The notes: generated by a model not told the origin, from the sequence alone. DNA of 64,000 nucleotides from Patescibacteria group bacterium (GCA_034002925.1 JAVEZP010000001.1:209165-273164), one strand, 5' to 3'; shown: positions 27,983 through 37,826, counted from the stretch's first letter. Program-made: numbers and translations.

Positions 27983-30393
27983 TATTAACAGTTTTTATAA
28001 ACAGCCTATGAATATTTATTTTAGAGTTATTAAACTTAAGCGGTTATGAGATAATTTGCTTTTTTGCGATTATTTTGAACCGCGGCTTACGCGGTTTTTT
28101 GAACCCTAAAATAATAATTTAAATACGACCTCATCTTTAGCAGCTTGCTGGTAGAGATGAAAAAATATTTAAATGACCTTTAACAGTTGAATAAAATTTT
28201 GTCGCTTTTAAGGTAAAAGCGAATTTCTATCGTCGGTTTATTTTGCAATTTCCGGGCGATAGAAAAAAATCGCACTTGCGAAGAAGTGCGTCCACTTTTG
28301 AAAACAAAAGTGTGGGAAAATCTCGTAAAGAGTATATGGCGGATGCCTAGACATAAGAAAACGATGAAGGACGTAGCAGCCTGCGATAAGCTGCGGTGAG
28401 GTGGCAAGCAACCTTTGACCCGCAGATCTCCGAATGGGGAAACCCCCTTCGTTGCAAACGAAGGTACCGTTGCTTTTTGGTGACGGTAGAAGACCCGGCG
28501 AACTGAAACATCTTAGTAGCCGGAGGAAAAGAAAACAATAGTGATTCCCTAAGTAGTGGCGAGCGAACGGGGAAGAGCCTAAACTTGTCGGACTGAGATT
28601 TCAAGCCAGCTTGCTGGGGAGAAATCAGAAGGTTCTAGAACCATATGTTCCACAAGGGTTGCAAGACAGCATGTCTGTTATCTAGATTTAACAGAGCAGA
28701 GTCATAAAAAATAATTTTTAGCAGAAGCGAGCTGGAAAGCTCAGCCAGAGAGGGTGATAGCCCCGTAAGCGAAAAGAATTATTTCTCTGCCGTGCTTGTT
28801 CTTAAGTAGTGCGGGCCTCGTGAAATCCCGTATGAATCAGGGTCGACTATGACCCAAGGCTAAATATTTCTTATGATCGATAGTGAACCAGTACCGTGAG
28901 GGAAAGGTGAAAAGCATCCCGAGAGGGAGGTGAAATAGTACCTGAAACCATATACTTACAAAGAGTCGGAGCCCAGTTTACTGGGTGACGGCGTGCCTAT
29001 TGAAGAATGAGCCAACGAGTTTGTTCTATGTGGCTTACATAATCTCCTCCGGAGAGTATGTGTAGTGAAAGCGAGGGTTAATAGCCCGCATTGTGCTTCG
29101 CTTTTGCGCATTAAGCAATTAGTGCGTCAAGAGCGAAGTACACGTCGCATGGACAAGACCCGAAGCCGGGTGATCTAACCATGTCCAGGTTGAACTCTGT
29201 CGAAAGACAGAGGAAGGACCGAACCCACGAGCCGTGCAACACTCGGGGATGAGATGTGGTTAGCGCAGAAATTGTAATCGAACTCGGCAATAGCTGGTTC
29301 TCCTCGAAATAGTTTTTGGACTAGCCTCGAGCGCTGATTACGGGGGGTAGAGCACTGGATGAGGGCGGGTCTTCGGATACCGTCTTCAATCAAACTCCGA
29401 ATACCCGTAAATGTAGCTCGGGAGTCAGACCATGGGCGCTAAGGTTCATTGGTCAAAAGGGAAACAGCCCAGATCACAATCTAAGGTCCCTAAATATATG
29501 CTAAGTGTAAAAGGTGGTGTTGTGACCGCGACAATTAGGAGGTTGGCTTAGAAGCAGCCATCCTTTAAAGATAGCGTAATAGCTCACTAATCAAGTTGTT
29601 TCGCGCCGAAAATTTACCGGGGCTAAGCATATTACCGAAGATGTGAACTCCATAATTTATTATGGAGTGGTAGAGGAGCATTCTCTTCAGCGTTGAAGTC
29701 GTGTCGTGAGGCATGGTGGAGCGGAGAGAAGTGAGAATGTTGGCATGAGTAGCAAAAAGGCGGGTGAAAATCCCGCCCACCGAAAATCTAAGGTTTCCTG
29801 GGCAACGAGAATCGCCCCAGGGTTAGTCGATCCTAAGGTGTAACTAATGTAGTGTTAGTGTAACCGATGGAAGAGCTGGTTAATATTCCAGCACTGCTGT
29901 GTTTTTCCGATGGAGGGACGCGGCTCTAAAGTTTGAGCGGGCTATGGTATGTCCGTTGAAGATTTCAAGAAACGGCCTAGGTAAATCCGGGCCACCAGTT
30001 TCAAGGAATAGCCAAGAGATGAAGTCGCAAGATGGATTCAATTCAAGTGGCAGAGCTGACAAGAAAAACTTCTAGGGTTAAGAACATGGCAATCGTACCG
30101 TAAACCGACACAGGTAGATGAGGCGAGGAGCCTAAGGTGTACGAGAGAACCTTCGCTAAGGAACTCGGCAAAACAGCGGCCGTAATTTCGAGATAAGGCC
30201 TGCCCTGCGCAAGCAGGGCCGCAGCTAAAGAGCTCAAGGGACTGTTTATCAAAAACACAGCTCTCTGCTAACTCGCAAGAGGATGTATAGAGGGTGAAGC
30301 CTGGCCAGTGTCCGAACGTTAAGAGGAGAGGTTAGCACTTCGGTGCGAAGCTTTGAATCCAAGCGCGGATGAACGCCGGCGATAACTATAATC

Positions 30394-30446
<53 letters not shown>

Positions 30447-30933
30447 TTAACCACTTGAGCACTGTCTCAGCGAAGGACTCGGTGAAATTGCAAGACGAGT
30501 AAAGATGCTCGTTAACCACAGTCGGACGAGAAGACCCCGTGAAGCTTTACTACAGCTTGATATTGAGTTAGGGTTATGCATGTTCAGTATAGGTGGGAGC
30601 CTTCGGGCGCCAGTGAGATACCACCCTTGTATATTCTTAATTCTCACCCCGTATTTCGGGGGACAGTGTCTGGTGGGTAGTTTGTCTGGGGCGGATGCCT
30701 CCCAAAAAGTAACGGAGGCGTTTACAAAGGTTGGCTATCCCGGAATGGAAACCCGGGAGATAGTGTAAAGGCATAAGCCAGCTTTACTGCGAGACTTACC
30801 GGTCAAGCAGTCGCGAAAGCGGAACTTAGTGATCCGACCATTCAATGTAGGATGGTGGAAGCTCATCGGATAAAAGCTACTCCGGGGATAACAGGCTAGT
30901 CGCGCCCAAGCGTCCACAGCGACGGCGCGGTTC

Positions 30934-30966
<33 letters not shown>

Positions 30967-30976
30967 GTGAAGAAGC

Positions 30977-31029
<53 letters not shown>

Positions 31030-31033
31030 CCGT

Positions 31034-31732
31034 TTAGAGGCTAAATTATTGGCACCTAAACGCTCTGAATCCAGAGGAAAGACATCAAGTACGGCGGCAA
31101 TATCAAGTAATTGATATTTGGCATAAAAAGCTGACTCATATCGATGAAGTCCTAACAGGTAATTGAAAATTAACCTGTCATATGTTAGGATAATATCGAG
31201 GGAAGTCACTTATGTTAAAATTAACGCAAACACAATTAGCTTACTTAGCAGGATTTATCGATGGTGATGGAAGTATTTATGTAAGATTAAAACCTAACAA
31301 TACCTATCGTTATGGTTTTCAGATTGCTCCTTACATAGTTCTATTTCAATCAGCTAAAGATGAAATACATTTTCAAAAAATTTGTAAATTGTTAAGTTGT
31401 GGCTATTTGCGCAAGAGAAAAGATGGAGTGTTAGAGTATACTATCGGTCGCAGAGAAGAAATATCGTCTTTAATAAAAGCTATTAAACCATATTTAATTC
31501 TCAAGCGAAGACAAGCTGATTTATTAGAAGAAATTTTTAGAAGAAAAGATTTGGTAAAAAACGCTAAAGATTTTTCTCAATTAATGAATCTAATTAATAA
31601 GTTTGCTGATATAAATTATTCTAAAAAACGCATCAAACATAAGTTGACCCCGTAGAGACTAAACGTCGGCCTCCTGAAAGTGTTTCAGGATGAAGGTATA
31701 GTCCATGCATTTAGTAATAAATGAATAACATG
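31034..31732 (+). mobile_element. Group I intron in 23S rRNA domain V (E. coli U2593/C2594-equivalent site)
   Basis: The exons GGGTTCAGACCGT | CGTAAGACAGGTCGGTC rejoin to match the E. coli sequence GGGTTTAGAACGTCGTGAGACAGTTCGGTC. The 5' exon ends in T and the intron ends in G. The 3' core has AGACTAAACGTCGG, a P8-like CCTGAAA/TTTCAGG stem, and TATAGTCC. Confidence 0.85.
31212..31655 (+). CDS. LAGLIDADG homing endonuclease, single-motif I-CreI-like
   Basis: 147 aa with one LAYLAGFIDGDGSIYVRLKP motif. Aligns by eye to I-CreI (LLYLAGFVDGDGSIIAQIKP...). Lies entirely within the intron. Confidence 0.9.
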   Translation: MLKLTQTQLAYLAGFIDGDGSIYVRLKPNNTYRYGFQIAPYIVLFQSAKDEIHFQKICKLLSCGYLRKRKDGVLEYTIGRREEISSLIKAIKPYLILKRRQADLLEEIFRRKDLVKNAKDFSQLMNLINKFADINYSKKRIKHKLTP

Positions 31733-32077
31733 CGTAAGACAGGTCGGTCTCCTATCCACTGTGGTCGTGGAAACTTGAAGAGGCCCTTCCTTAGTACGAG
31801 AGGACCGGGAAGGACGAAGCTCTAGTGTACCTGCTGTTCTACCAAGGGCATTGCAGGGTAGCTACCTTCGGTTAAGATAAGTGCTGAAAGCATCTAAGCA
31901 CGAAGCTGTCTCTAAGATTAGGTTTCATAGACTGGTTAAAGATTATAACCTTGATAGGCTGTACGTGTAAGTCCAGTAATGGATTGAGCGGAGCAGTACT
32001 AATAAGTCGTTAGATTTTCCCACACTTTTGTTGATCAAATAACAAAACATTCTTCGTATATATAAAAGACACCATTG

Positions 32078-32193
32078 TTCTGGTGGTTAAAGCGGAGGGG
32101 TCACACCTGATCCCTTCCCGAACTCAGAAGTTAAGCCCTCCAGCGCCGATGATACTTGGGCCTGAGCCCTGGGAAAGTAGGTCGCCGCCAGAA
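32078..32193 (+). rRNA. rrf: 5S rRNA
   Basis: Helix I TTCTGGTGG/CCGCCAGAA. Conserved CCTGATCCCTTCCCGAACTCAGAAGTTAAGC and GGGAAAGTAGGTCGC. Flanking stem ACACCATTG/CAATGGTGT followed by T6. Confidence 0.93.
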
Positions 32194-32214
32194 CAATGGT
32201 GTTTTTTGTTACCC

Positions 32215-32240
32215 AAAAATCGGTTTAGGCCGATTTTTTG
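32215..32240 (+). terminator. Second terminator hairpin after the rRNA unit
   Basis: Stem AAAATCGG/CCGATTTT followed by a T-run. Confidence 0.7.
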
Positions 32241-32300
32241 TTTTGTCAATATAATGCTAATATTATAAGATAATTGAAATAGATAAATATTAAAATATAT

Positions 32301-33704
32301 ATGCCTTTAATTAAATCAATCTCGGGGGTTCGCGGTACCATTGGCGGTCTCCCTGGAGACAATCTCACTCCTTTTGACGTCCTAGATTTTATTGTCGCTT
32401 TTTCTTTGCAATTGAAGAATAAATTTCCTGAGATTAAAAATCCTAGTGTTGTGCTTGGTCGTGATGGCAGGAAAAGCGGTACCTTGCTTCATGAATTTGT
32501 GCGTTCTAGTCTGTGTCTTAATGGTATTGATGTAATAGATATAGATTTAGCCACCACTCCCACCGTTGAAATGACCGTTATCAGTCAAAAGGCTCAAGGA
32601 GGAATAATATTAAGTGCCTCTCATAATCCGAGAGATTGGAATGCTTTAAAACTATTAAATGAGCAAGGAGAATTTATTAGTGCTCAAGCAGGAGCAGAAT
32701 TACTTGAGCTCATCAAATCCCCTCAGAATCCTTTGCCTAAGATAGATGACTTAGGAGAGGTGATAAGTTATAAAACAGCCTTGGAGGAGCATATAGAGGC
32801 GATTATGAAGCTTCAGTTAGTGAATGTAACTGCTATTAAAAAGAGGAAATTTAAAATAGTAGTTGATGCCATTAACTCTGTTGGTGCACTGGCCGTGCCT
32901 AAACTACTAGAAGCTTTAGGGGTAGAAAATGTAGAGATTATTAATGGAGAAATAAATGGAGAATTTGCTCATAATCCGGAGCCTTTGGATATTAATTTGG
33001 GAGAGATAAAAAAGAGGGTAAAAGAGAGTGGAGCAGATTTAGGTATTGTGGTTGATCCTGATGTTGACCGCCTTGCTTTTATTGATGAGAGAGGAGAAAT
33101 GCTTGGCGAGGAATATACTTTAGTAGTAGTGGCTGATTATGTTTTAAGAAATTATTGTGCTTGCTTGTATCAAAAAATTTCTGTCTCTAATCTATCATCT
33201 TCTCGAGCTCTTAAAGATATCACCGAACAAAAAGGTGGCTCATATCACGCTACAGCAGTTGGCGAAGTTAATGTGGTTAATAAGATGAAAGAAGTGAGAG
33301 CGGTGATTGGTGGCGAAGGTAACGGGGGCATTATCTATCCCGAACTACATTATGGCCGCGATGCTTTAGTGGGCATTGCTTTGTTTCTTAGCTTCATTGC
33401 CGATGATAGTGAAAAACTTTCAGAAATAAAGAAAAGGTACCCTCGGTATGAGATGATAAAGGATAAAATACAATTAGATGAAAGTATAAATGTAAAAGAA
33501 TTGTTAAAGAAGGTAAAAGAGCATTATCAAGGAGAACAGATTACTGACATTGATGGCATCAAGATTGACTGGGAAGACTCTTGGCTTCATCTAAGAGCCT
33601 CTAACACTGAGCCAATTATTCGGATTTATGCTGAAGCTAAGACCAGAGAGAAGGCAGAGGAGAGAGTGAAGGAGATAAAGGCTTTTTTGGCTGATTTTAG
33701 TTAA
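32301..33704 (+). CDS. glmM: Alpha-D-phosphohexomutase (phosphoglucosamine mutase/phosphomannomutase-like)
   Basis: Active-site loop SASHNPRDWNALK, metal loop VVDPDVDR, sugar loop GGEGNGG. 467 aa. Confidence 0.8.
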   Translation: MPLIKSISGVRGTIGGLPGDNLTPFDVLDFIVAFSLQLKNKFPEIKNPSVVLGRDGRKSGTLLHEFVRSSLCLNGIDVIDIDLATTPTVEMTVISQKAQGGIILSASHNPRDWNALKLLNEQGEFISAQAGAELLELIKSPQNPLPKIDDLGEVISYKTALEEHIEAIMKLQLVNVTAIKKRKFKIVVDAINSVGALAVPKLLEALGVENVEIINGEINGEFAHNPEPLDINLGEIKKRVKESGADLGIVVDPDVDRLAFIDERGEMLGEEYTLVVVADYVLRNYCACLYQKISVSNLSSSRALKDITEQKGGSYHATAVGEVNVVNKMKEVRAVIGGEGNGGIIYPELHYGRDALVGIALFLSFIADDSEKLSEIKKRYPRYEMIKDKIQLDESINVKELLKKVKEHYQGEQITDIDGIKIDWEDSWLHLRASNTEPIIRIYAEAKTREKAEERVKEIKAFLADFS

Positions 33705-33807
33705 TATATTCAATAGGTTTTATTTGCCTATCACCTCTAAAAATGATAGAATATAGTAATATAATAATGTTTCTATAGAGAATAATTTTTTTCTGTGTAT
33801 CTAATTT

Positions 33808-34548
33808 ATGACTAAAATAATAATTTTAGCGGCTGGCAAAGGGACGCGAATGGGTTCAGATTTACCAAAAGCCTTAGTGCCTCTTAATGGACGTCCCTTA
33901 ATCTCCTATTTAGCTGAGTCAGTGAGTAAATCAGGAGTTGATGATAGTCCAATTGTGGTAGTTTCTCCTGAGAATAAAGAAATAATTAGCGCTGAGTTAA
34001 GCCAATATAACTGGCAATATGCTATTCAGGATAAACAGCTAGGTACTGGGCATGCCGTTGCTTGTGCCAAGGATCTTGTTCCTGTAAATTGTGACAATAT
34101 TGTTGTGCTCTATTGTGATCATCCTTTTATTACCGCCGAATCCATTAGACAAGTTGCTCAGACTAAAACTGAGGCGGTAACAGTGATGCCAGCTGAGTTA
34201 GGTGACTACAATGATTGGCGCTTTAACTTCTATCGCTGGGGCAGAATGATTCGCAATGATGAGGGTAAAGTGGAGAAAATTGTTGAGTTTAAAGATGCCA
34301 GTGAAGAAGAGATAAAAGTAACGGAGGTAAACCCTGGATTTATGTGCTTTAACAATCAGTGGCTTTGGGAGAATATTGAAAAGTTGAGAAATGATAATAA
34401 GCAAAAAGAATATTATTTAACTTCATTGGTGGAAATTGCTTTTTCTCAAGGTTATGAGATTGGCACAATTATGATTGGCGCTAAAGAAGCAATGGGTGTT
34501 AATAGTCAGGAGGAGTTAAGCGTTGCCGAGAAATTAATTAAATCTTAA
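33808..34548 (+). CDS. Sugar-1-phosphate nucleotidyltransferase resembling the GlmU N-terminal domain only
   Basis: ILAAGKGTRMGSDLPKALVPLNGRPLI and QLGTGHAV. At 246 aa it has no left-handed beta-helix acetyltransferase domain. Confidence 0.7.
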   Translation: MTKIIILAAGKGTRMGSDLPKALVPLNGRPLISYLAESVSKSGVDDSPIVVVSPENKEIISAELSQYNWQYAIQDKQLGTGHAVACAKDLVPVNCDNIVVLYCDHPFITAESIRQVAQTKTEAVTVMPAELGDYNDWRFNFYRWGRMIRNDEGKVEKIVEFKDASEEEIKVTEVNPGFMCFNNQWLWENIEKLRNDNKQKEYYLTSLVEIAFSQGYEIGTIMIGAKEAMGVNSQEELSVAEKLIKS

Positions 34549-34555
34549 TTTTTAT

Positions 34556-35014
34556 ATGTTTCGTGCGATTAAACAAATTACTATTTTAATTATTTTTCTC
34601 ATGTTGACAGTTTTTGCTTCCCTGTATTTTCAGGATAATAAAGTTGAAGCTAATTCGGAATCAAAAATGCAAGCTACGTGGTTAATTAAAGCCATTGAGG
34701 GGGCAGGTTCTTTATTAAGTGATTTAGCTCATTTAGCTTATTTAGTAAATCCTAATTCAGAGATAAATTCGGTTAGCGCTGTTCAGTCTAAAGTTGAGCA
34801 AAATTTAAATTTTGATACTGATTTTTCTACGACCAAAGCAGTCGAAGCACTAGAAACAGATGTTTCTTTTAATAATGATTTGGAATTCAATGCTTTTTTA
34901 AAAGATTTTTTGCGTAAATTACCAACATTGTATCTTGATGCTAAAATATATAGCGATTCCTGGCAAAATTTTTGGTCATTTATGTGGCTAGACGATTTAC
35001 GCGTTACTGAATAA
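34556..35014 (+). CDS. Hypothetical protein with N-terminal signal anchor
   Basis: 152-aa ORF with one N-terminal hydrophobic helix. No motif recognised. Confidence 0.4.
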   Translation: MFRAIKQITILIIFLMLTVFASLYFQDNKVEANSESKMQATWLIKAIEGAGSLLSDLAHLAYLVNPNSEINSVSAVQSKVEQNLNFDTDFSTTKAVEALETDVSFNNDLEFNAFLKDFLRKLPTLYLDAKIYSDSWQNFWSFMWLDDLRVTE

Positions 35015-35168
35015 GGGTGTTAAATTTTTTGTTTTATAGTATAATAAATAATAATCTCATTAAAATTTTTTATTTATATTTTATTTTAATGTGTTAAAAT
35101 AAACTTATTAATCTTAATTAGGCTTTGGAGTGAGAGCGCCCCTATCTACGCTCATAAAGCATCATTTT

Positions 35169-36224
35169 ATGCCTAAAGATAAAAAAACAAGTACGAGTAT
35201 GGAAGATGTCCATAATCAACGCGCAGAAGCAGCTTTAAGTGCTATAGAGCAAATCAAGAGTAAGTTTGGCGATGGCGCTATTATGAAATTTGGTGATATT
35301 CGCAAAACCAATGTTGACGCCATTTCTACCGGCTGTCTTTCTTTGGATTTGGCTTTTGGTATTGGTGGAGTTCCTCGTGGACGTATTATTGAAATCTATG
35401 GCCCAGAGTCATCTGGTAAAACCACTTTAGCTCAGCATATTGTTGCGGAAGTGCAAAAAATTGGTGGCATTGCGGCCTTTGTTGATGCTGAACACGCACT
35501 AGATCCTGAGTATGCTGCTAAAATTGGTGTAAACGTCAATGAGCTTTTAATTTCTCAGCCAGATTCGGGCGAACAGGCTTTAGATATCGTTGAAACTTTA
35601 GTGCGCTCTAATGCGGTGGATGTAGTAGTGGTAGACAGCGTAGCTGCTTTAGTTCCTCAAAAAGAGATAGAAGGAGAAATGGGCGATCAACACATGGGCT
35701 TACAAGCTCGTTTAATGAGTCAAGCTTTACGTAAGTTAACGGGGGCTATCTCTAAGAGCAAAACAAGCGTTATTTTTATTAATCAAATTCGTAATAAGAT
35801 CGGTGTATTCTTTGGTAGTCCAGAAACAACAACGGGTGGTAATGCTTTAAAATTTTATGCTTCTGTTCGTGTAGAGGTGCGTCGGGCGGCGCAAATTAAG
35901 CAAGGTGAAAAAATTATTGGCAATAGAGTTAAGGTAAAAATTGTAAAGAATAAAGTGGCGGCTCCTTTTCGTACTTGTGAATTTGATATTATGTATAATG
36001 AAGGTATTTCAGTAGCGGGGGATTTGTTGGATTTAGGAGTGGAGTATGCTGTAGTGAAAAAAAATGGCAATTCCTATACTTTCATTGAAGAAAAATTGGG
36101 CGTAGGACGTGAAGCTGCTAAGTTGTCTTTGAAGAATGATAAGAAGTTGTTAGCAGAAGTGCGCAAAGCCATTATTGCTGAGATTAAAAGTAAGGAAATA
36201 GAAGCTCCTGCTAGTAAAAAATAA
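35169..36224 (+). CDS. recA: Recombinase RecA
   Basis: Walker [22 protein letters not shown]2 region [34 protein letters not shown] 35169 is preferred over the GTG at 35130; ATG 35199 is also possible. Confidence 0.93.
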   Translation: MPKDKKTSTSMEDVHNQRAEAALSAIEQIKSKFGDGAIMKFGDIRKTNVDAISTGCLSLDLAFGIGGVPRGRIIEIYGPESSGKTTLAQHIVAEVQKIGGIAAFVDAEHALDPEYAAKIGVNVNELLISQPDSGEQALDIVETLVRSNAVDVVVVDSVAALVPQKEIEGEMGDQHMGLQARLMSQALRKLTGAISKSKTSVIFINQIRNKIGVFFGSPETTTGGNALKFYASVRVEVRRAAQIKQGEKIIGNRVKVKIVKNKVAAPFRTCEFDIMYNEGISVAGDLLDLGVEYAVVKKNGNSYTFIEEKLGVGREAAKLSLKNDKKLLAEVRKAIIAEIKSKEIEAPASKK

Positions 36225-36237
36225 ATTTATGTTTTCT

Positions 36238-36261
36238 AAAAGGCGCTTTTAAGCGCCTTTT
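36238..36261 (+). terminator. Rho-independent terminator after recA
   Basis: Stem AAAGGCGC/GCGCCTTT followed by a T-run. Confidence 0.8.
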
Positions 36262-36273
36262 AGTTATCTATAT

Positions 36274-36957
36274 ATGACTTTTGTAATATCTTTAGGCGGT
36301 TCTTTGGTGGTTACCGACAATGGTTTAAATCTTAATTTTTTAAAAGAGTTAAAAAGTTTTATAAAACAAAGAGTTGATTTAGGTGATGATTTTTTTATAG
36401 TGGTAGGCGGCGGCATTACCGCTCGACAATATATTAAAGCCGCACAATCTATTGTTAGTAGCTCTGCAATTGATCAAGATCTTATCGGAATTAGAGCTAC
36501 ACATTTAAATGCTGAATTACTGCGAGTGAGTTTGCAAGATTTGGCTGCGCCAGAGATTATTATTAATCCAGAAAAAATTATTGAAAGAAAATATCCAGTT
36601 GTAGTAGCTGGTGGTTATCAGCCAGGCTGGTCAACAGATTATGTCTCTGTGCTATTAGCACGTAATTATCAATTACACACATTAATTAATTTAACTAATA
36701 TTGATTATGTTTTTGACTGTGACCCTAAGATACATGCTGATGCTAAAAAAATAGAGAAGATTAATTGGAAAGATTTTTGTTCTTTGGTTGGTGATAATTG
36801 GGAGCCGGGCATGAACACTCCTTTTGACCCCATTGCTTCACGTTTAGCCTCTTCTTTAAAGTTAAAAGTAGCCATCTTAAATGGTAATGACTTTTTAAAT
36901 ATTAATAATTTTTTAGAAGATCAAGAATTTAAAGGAACTATCATTGAAGATGAATAG
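36274..36957 (+). CDS. pyrH: UMP kinase, short archaeal-type amino-acid-kinase fold
   Basis: 227 aa. V.SLGGS..V, VVGGG..AR.YI, GGY.PGWSTD..A.LLA resembles the archaeal PyrH of about 225 aa rather than the bacterial form of about 240 aa. Confidence 0.65.
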   Translation: MTFVISLGGSLVVTDNGLNLNFLKELKSFIKQRVDLGDDFFIVVGGGITARQYIKAAQSIVSSSAIDQDLIGIRATHLNAELLRVSLQDLAAPEIIINPEKIIERKYPVVVAGGYQPGWSTDYVSVLLARNYQLHTLINLTNIDYVFDCDPKIHADAKKIEKINWKDFCSLVGDNWEPGMNTPFDPIASRLASSLKLKVAILNGNDFLNINNFLEDQEFKGTIIEDE

Positions 36958-36976
36958 TGGATTAATTATTGAATAT

Positions 36977-37007
36977 AAAAAAAGCGCCTGTTATAGGCGC
37001 TTTTTTT
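36977..37007. terminator. Bidirectional terminator between convergent pyrH-like and adk
   Basis: A6, then stem AGCGCCT/AGGCGCT, then T7. Confidence 0.85.
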
Positions 37008-37575
37008 ATTGCTTTATTTCTTTTATTTTTTGGACCAGACGCTGATGTATCTCTTCAATTTCACCTTCTCCGTCAACACTGATCAGGCGTTGTTGAGCTT
37101 GATAGAAATCTAACAGAGGTTTGGTTTGTTGTTCATAAACGTTGAGTCGATTACGAATAACAACTTCGTTATCGTCTACTCTATTTGACTCTCGTCCTCT
37201 TAAAATTAACCTTTTTATTAATTCTTCAACATTTACCTCCAAATTTAATATCAACGGGAGAGCTTTTGCGGCAAGCAAAGAATCTAATTGCTTAGCTTGT
37301 TGCAGGTTGCGTGGATATCCGTCAAAAATAAAACCGGCTACATTGCCGTTTTTTAGGATATGATCTTCTATTATTTGATTGACAATTTCATCGCCAACTA
37401 ATTCTCCACGCGCAATTACATCTTTTACGATTTTTCCTAGTTGGCTTTCTTTAGCCACTTCTTCCCGCAAGAGCGCTCCGGTAGAGAGATGTTTTAGATT
37501 AAATTTTTCAGTTAATTTTTGAGCTTGAGTGCCTTTACCAGCCCCAGGTGCTCCAAAAATAATAAGATTAAGCAT
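37006..37575 (-). CDS. adk: Adenylate kinase (short form without zinc lid)
   Basis: P-loop GAPGAGKGTQ, LSTGALLR, FIFDGYPR. 189 aa. Confidence 0.92.
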   Translation of the reverse strand: MLNLIIFGAPGAGKGTQAQKLTEKFNLKHLSTGALLREEVAKESQLGKIVKDVIARGELVGDEIVNQIIEDHILKNGNVAGFIFDGYPRNLQQAKQLDSLLAAKALPLILNLEVNVEELIKRLILRGRESNRVDDNEVVIRNRLNVYEQQTKPLLDFYQAQQRLISVDGEGEIEEIHQRLVQKIKEIKQ

Positions 37576-37599
37576 AATGAAATAAAAAAGAACTTTAGG

Positions 37600-37672
37600 T
37601 GCGCCCAGGGGGATTCGAACCCACGACCGTCTCCTTAAGAGGGAGCTGCTCTACCAGCTGAGCTATAGGCGC
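37600..37672 (-). tRNA. tRNA-Lys(CTT)
   Basis: Reverse complement GCGCCTATAGCTCAGCTGGTAGAGC..CTCTTAA..GGTTCGAATCC..TGGGCGCA. One mismatch in the T stem and one in the anticodon stem. Confidence 0.85.
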
Positions 37673-37687
37673 TTATTTATATTTGTG

Positions 37688-37761
37688 TGGCTGGGGAGGG
37701 GTTCGAACCCTCGACCTTAGCGTTATGAGTGCTACGCTCTAACCAACTGAGCTACCCAGCC
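37688..37761 (-). tRNA. tRNA-Met(CAT), elongator-type (Ile2/lysidine type not excluded)
   Basis: Reverse complement GGCTGGGTAGCTCAGTTGGTTAGAGC..CTCATAA..GGTTCGAACCC..CCCAGCCA. The G1-C72 pair argues against an initiator. Confidence 0.85.
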
Positions 37762-37826
37762 TGACTTTTTACTACAGGTTTATTATATTTATCATCTTCT
37801 AATTCGTCAAGCTTTGCTTATTAGGG

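Noticed and set aside
27900-28302. Search for a 16S rRNA gene or spacer tRNAs upstream of the 23S.
   Set aside because: Only a promoter and hairpin-rich leader are present. No 16S-like conserved blocks or cloverleafs appear between pilT and the 23S.
32083-32268. 61-aa ORF on the plus strand.
   Set aside because: It overlaps the 5S rRNA gene and its terminators, so it is spurious.
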